From Chthoniobacteraceae bacterium (GTDB taxonomy: Bacteria; Verrucomicrobiota; Verrucomicrobiia; Chthoniobacterales; Chthoniobacteraceae), in the NCBI GenBank assembly GCA_040081625.1, contig JBEBGD010000026.1:1-56733 (forward strand): a DNA stretch of 56,733 nt, written 5' to 3'. The translations under genes and the position numbers were made by a program. The number at the start of each line of letters is the position of its first letter. Position 1 is the first letter of the stretch. Under the pieces are notes generated by a model. It was not told the origin of the DNA. It saw only the letters and a list, made by a program, of their open reading frames with translations, and did no database searches. Positions 53,795 through 56,733 of this stretch are shown here, in pieces.

Positions 53795-56593
53795 ATGAAC
53801 CGGATCTTTTCCCTCTTCCTCGCCCTCGCGGGCATCTCGGCGGCGGCGGAGCGGCGCGCCGACGTGCTCGTGTATGGCTCGACGCCCGCCGGGGTCTGCG
53901 CCGCGGTCGGCGCGGCGCGTGAAGGGGCGAGCGTGCTGCTGGTCGAGCCGACGGGGCATGTCGGCGGGGTGAATGCGGGCGGGCTTTGCTTCAGCGACTC
54001 GAACCAGATGGTGCGCGAGGCGCTGCGCGGGTTGTTCGAGGAGTTTCATCTGCGCATCGAGGCCGACTACACGAAGCGCGGCGTGACGCTGCCGTATCGC
54101 GTCGCGGAGAAGGACACGAAGCCGTGGACTTACGAGCCGCACGTCGCGGCCCGGGTGTTCGACGCGATGCTGCGCGAGGCGGGCGTGCAGGTGCTCACTG
54201 CGCGCGTGCTCGATCGCGTGGAGAAGGACGGCGCGCGGATCGCCCGCATCGCGACGAAGGACGGCGATGTCTTCGCCGCGAAGACGTTCATCGACGCGAC
54301 GTATGAAGGCGACCTGATGGCTGCGGCGGGCGTGAAGTGGACGATCGGGCGCGAGGGGCGGGGCGAGTTCGGCGAATCGCTCGCGGGCAAGCAGTGGCCG
54401 AAGCAGCCGATGAAGATGTCCGGCCTCGACGCAAACGGCGCGCTGCTTCCGCTCATCACGACGAAGGACGCCGGCGCGGACGAGGACGGCGACCGGCACG
54501 TGATGACTTACAGCTTCCGCCTCTGCCTCACGACGGACCCGGCGAACCGCGTGCCATTTCCCGAGCCGGCGAACTACGACGCCGCGCGCTTCGAGGCGGT
54601 GCGGCGTTACTTCGCGCAGGAAAAGAAGCCGATCGTGCTGTGGGATCTCTACCCGCTGCCCGGCGGGAAGACCGACGCAAACAACGGGATCGGGAAGCAA
54701 TTCTCGATGGGCATCATCGGCGGCGGCGATGCGTGGTGCGAGGCGGACGCGGCCGGGCGCGCGCGGATCTGGGAGGCGCACAAACAATACACGCTCGAGA
54801 TGTATCGCTTCCTCACGACGGATGAAGCGGTGCCGCTGGCGCTGCGCGAGGCGCTCGCGAAGTATGGACTGTGCCGCGATGAATTCGCCGCGCACGGCCA
54901 CTGGTCGCCGCAGCTCTACGTGCGCGAAGGGCGCCGGATGCGCGGCGCGCATGTGCTCACGCAGGCCGACATCCTCACCCATGGCGCGAAGCCCGACTCG
55001 ATCGCCGTCGCGTCCTTTCCCATCGACTCGCACGACTGCCAGCGCGTCGCGCGTGGAGCAGGGGAGGTGATCAATGAAGGCACGATCTTCCCCGCCCGCG
55101 ACACCGTGACCAGGCGCGGCCCCGCGTATCAGGTGCCGTATCGCGCGATCACGCCGAAGGCCGATGAATGCACGAACCTCCTCGTGCCCGTCGCGCTCTC
55201 CGCGACGCACGTCGCTTACTCATCGGTCCGCGTGGAGCCGGCGTGGATGACGATCGGGCACAGCGCCGGCATCGCCGCGGCGCTCGCCGCGAAGGGCGGG
55301 AGCGATGTGCAGCGGATCGACTACGGCGCGCTCAAGCAACGACTGCTCGCGCAGGGACAGGTGATCGATCTTCGCGACGCGGGCGCGGCGGCCGGGTGGG
55401 CGCACACGGAGTTGTGGCGCCGCTTCGTCGATGAGCGCGGCGTCGTCCTCGATTACACCGCGCTCGACGGCTCGTATCCGCGACCGACGCCGGAGGATTG
55501 CCGCGAGATGAAGCCGAGCGCGCTCTCGTGGGGCGTGCCGAGCGAGGACGGGCCGATGTTCAATGGCCTCTACCTCGACGCGATGTGCAACCGCTGGAAG
55601 CTCACGCGTGCGGACGCGGATCGCGCGAAGGCGCGGCGGCTTGTCGAGGGGCTCATGTTTCTCGCATCGGTCGGCAGGACGCCCGGCTTCATCGCGCGCG
55701 GCGTCGCGACGGATGGCAAGACCACTTACCCGATGGGCTCGAACGACCAGACGATGCCGTGGCTCTACGGGATCTGGCGTTACGTGAACGACGGCGTCGC
55801 CACGCCAGCCGAGCGCGAGCGGCTCGTCGCGAAGTTTGTCGGGATCGTCGAGGTGATCGCGCGCTCCGAGTGGCGGATGCCGTGCGACGGGCCGCCGTCG
55901 CCGTATCGCGGCGACTTCTCGAAGCCCACGTGGGAAGGCGCGCCGCGGCTGCTCTTCGCGATGAAGGCGATGCATCAGTTCACCGGCGATGCGCGCTGGC
56001 AGCAGCGTTATTTCGACGCCGCGAACGAGCGCGTGGGCAACGGGCAGCGGACGCGGATCGAGATTTGCCGGACCGGGATGGAATTCGACCCGGGGCAGGG
56101 GCCTCGCAATTCGTGGACGGGATCGGTCAGCGTCGTGGCGCTGCGTGCGCTGTGGGAGATGGAGACGGACGAGAAGCTGCGCGCCGCCTACGCGGAAGGC
56201 CTGCGCGCGAGCGCCGCGCTCTCGGCGACCAGCCTGGCGCTTTGGGAGAAGTTCGATGTGAATGGAAGCGAGGTCTTCAACCCGGACTGGCGTGTGATGG
56301 ATGGCGCGTGGAAACCGCAGCACAGCGAGGCCGATGCGGTCGCCGTCGCGAATGCGGGCCTGCGCTTGCAGCACAAGGCTTCGCCCCGGCTCGGCATCGA
56401 GAAGAACTTGATGCGCGAGCCGAGCTTCGCCGCATGGGTGGTGACGCTGTGCCCGGACGCGGCGTTCGTGAACCAGCATCGCGCGTCAATCGAGCGGACA
56501 CTCACGCACTACCAGTTCGATAAGCTGCACCTCTCGCAGTTCTTCCCGCTCGAGTCCGCGTGGCTGCGGCTGCGAATGCTCGATCAGCGCTGA
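53795..56593 (+). CDS. Secreted FAD-dependent oxidoreductase fused to a C-terminal helical domain
   Basis: Signal peptide; VYGSTPAG, FIDATYEGDLMA, LYVREGRRM, IDSH, VPYRAITP, SATHVAYSSVRVEP; about 400-aa extra C-terminal domain. Confidence 0.87.
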   Translation: MNRIFSLFLALAGISAAAERRADVLVYGSTPAGVCAAVGAAREGASVLLVEPTGHVGGVNAGGLCFSDSNQMVREALRGLFEEFHLRIEADYTKRGVTLPYRVAEKDTKPWTYEPHVAARVFDAMLREAGVQVLTARVLDRVEKDGARIARIATKDGDVFAAKTFIDATYEGDLMAAAGVKWTIGREGRGEFGESLAGKQWPKQPMKMSGLDANGALLPLITTKDAGADEDGDRHVMTYSFRLCLTTDPANRVPFPEPANYDAARFEAVRRYFAQEKKPIVLWDLYPLPGGKTDANNGIGKQFSMGIIGGGDAWCEADAAGRARIWEAHKQYTLEMYRFLTTDEAVPLALREALAKYGLCRDEFAAHGHWSPQLYVREGRRMRGAHVLTQADILTHGAKPDSIAVASFPIDSHDCQRVARGAGEVINEGTIFPARDTVTRRGPAYQVPYRAITPKADECTNLLVPVALSATHVAYSSVRVEPAWMTIGHSAGIAAALAAKGGSDVQRIDYGALKQRLLAQGQVIDLRDAGAAAGWAHTELWRRFVDERGVVLDYTALDGSYPRPTPEDCREMKPSALSWGVPSEDGPMFNGLYLDAMCNRWKLTRADADRAKARRLVEGLMFLASVGRTPGFIARGVATDGKTTYPMGSNDQTMPWLYGIWRYVNDGVATPAERERLVAKFVGIVEVIARSEWRMPCDGPPSPYRGDFSKPTWEGAPRLLFAMKAMHQFTGDARWQQRYFDAANERVGNGQRTRIEICRTGMEFDPGQGPRNSWTGSVSVVALRALWEMETDEKLRAAYAEGLRASAALSATSLALWEKFDVNGSEVFNPDWRVMDGAWKPQHSEADAVAVANAGLRLQHKASPRLGIEKNLMREPSFAAWVVTLCPDAAFVNQHRASIERTLTHYQFDKLHLSQFFPLESAWLRLRMLDQR

Positions 56594-56688
56594 GCGTTGC
56601 ATCCGTCGAGCAGCGGTGAGCGATGCATTGGTCGAGCAGCGCTGAGCGATGCATTGGTCGAGCGGCGCTGAGCGATGCATTGGTCGAT
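56585..56688. repeat. 26-bp tandem repeat, 4 copies (CAGCGCTGAGCGATGCATTGGTCGAG)
   Basis: Units at 56585, 56611, 56637 and 56663; the first contains the stop of the FAD-oxidoreductase gene. Confidence 0.92.
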
Positions 56689-56698
56689 GGATTCGCGA

Positions 56699-56733
56699 TG
56701 GTCGCGGAGCGACCACCGACCGTAGCCCGGCGC
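56699..56733. repeat. Probable REP-like element truncated by the window end
   Basis: Hairpin TGGTCGC-GGA-GCGACCA followed by CGTAGCCCGG. Confidence 0.5.

Noticed and set aside
56585..56688. CRISPR array interpretation of the 26-bp repeat
   Set aside because: Units are directly adjacent with no spacers

Overview
High-GC (roughly two-thirds G+C) bacterial chromosomal window, most consistent with a PVC-superphylum organism, probably Verrucomicrobiota. This taxonomic call is an inference from DUF1553/DUF1501 genes, DUF1080 proteins, PVC-type haem-binding proteins and LEPR-XLL-like N-termini. About 45 genes are present. Housekeeping: msrB, korAB, ridA, pyrE, secA, an rsmH paralogue, ruvB, UDP-glucuronate decarboxylase, cstA, larB and a class III FBPase. 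Also present: a GT2 plus two GT-C-type membrane glycosylation cluster, a murein-peptide recycling pair (Ala-Glu epimerase and MpaA) and many secreted multidomain enzymes. I found no rRNA, tRNA, CRISPR array, integrase or transposase. The most unusual signals are: (i) a low-GC PD-(D/E)XK nuclease-like ORF coupled by ATGA overlaps between the DUF1553 and DUF1501 genes; (ii) a family of REP/REPIN-like double-hairpin elements, two of which (CAAGGAG...CTCCTTG termini) sit in frame inside protein-coding genes; (iii) a 13-copy 22-bp tandem array with a nearly invariant core; (iv) a 5'-truncated, amber-interrupted haem-protein gene carrying repeat insertions; (v) heptamer inverted-repeat arrays, one of which supplies the stop codons of both flanking genes; and (vi) a CstA-YbdD/YjiX-like fusion. 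All family assignments come from motif recognition by eye; no database searches were run.
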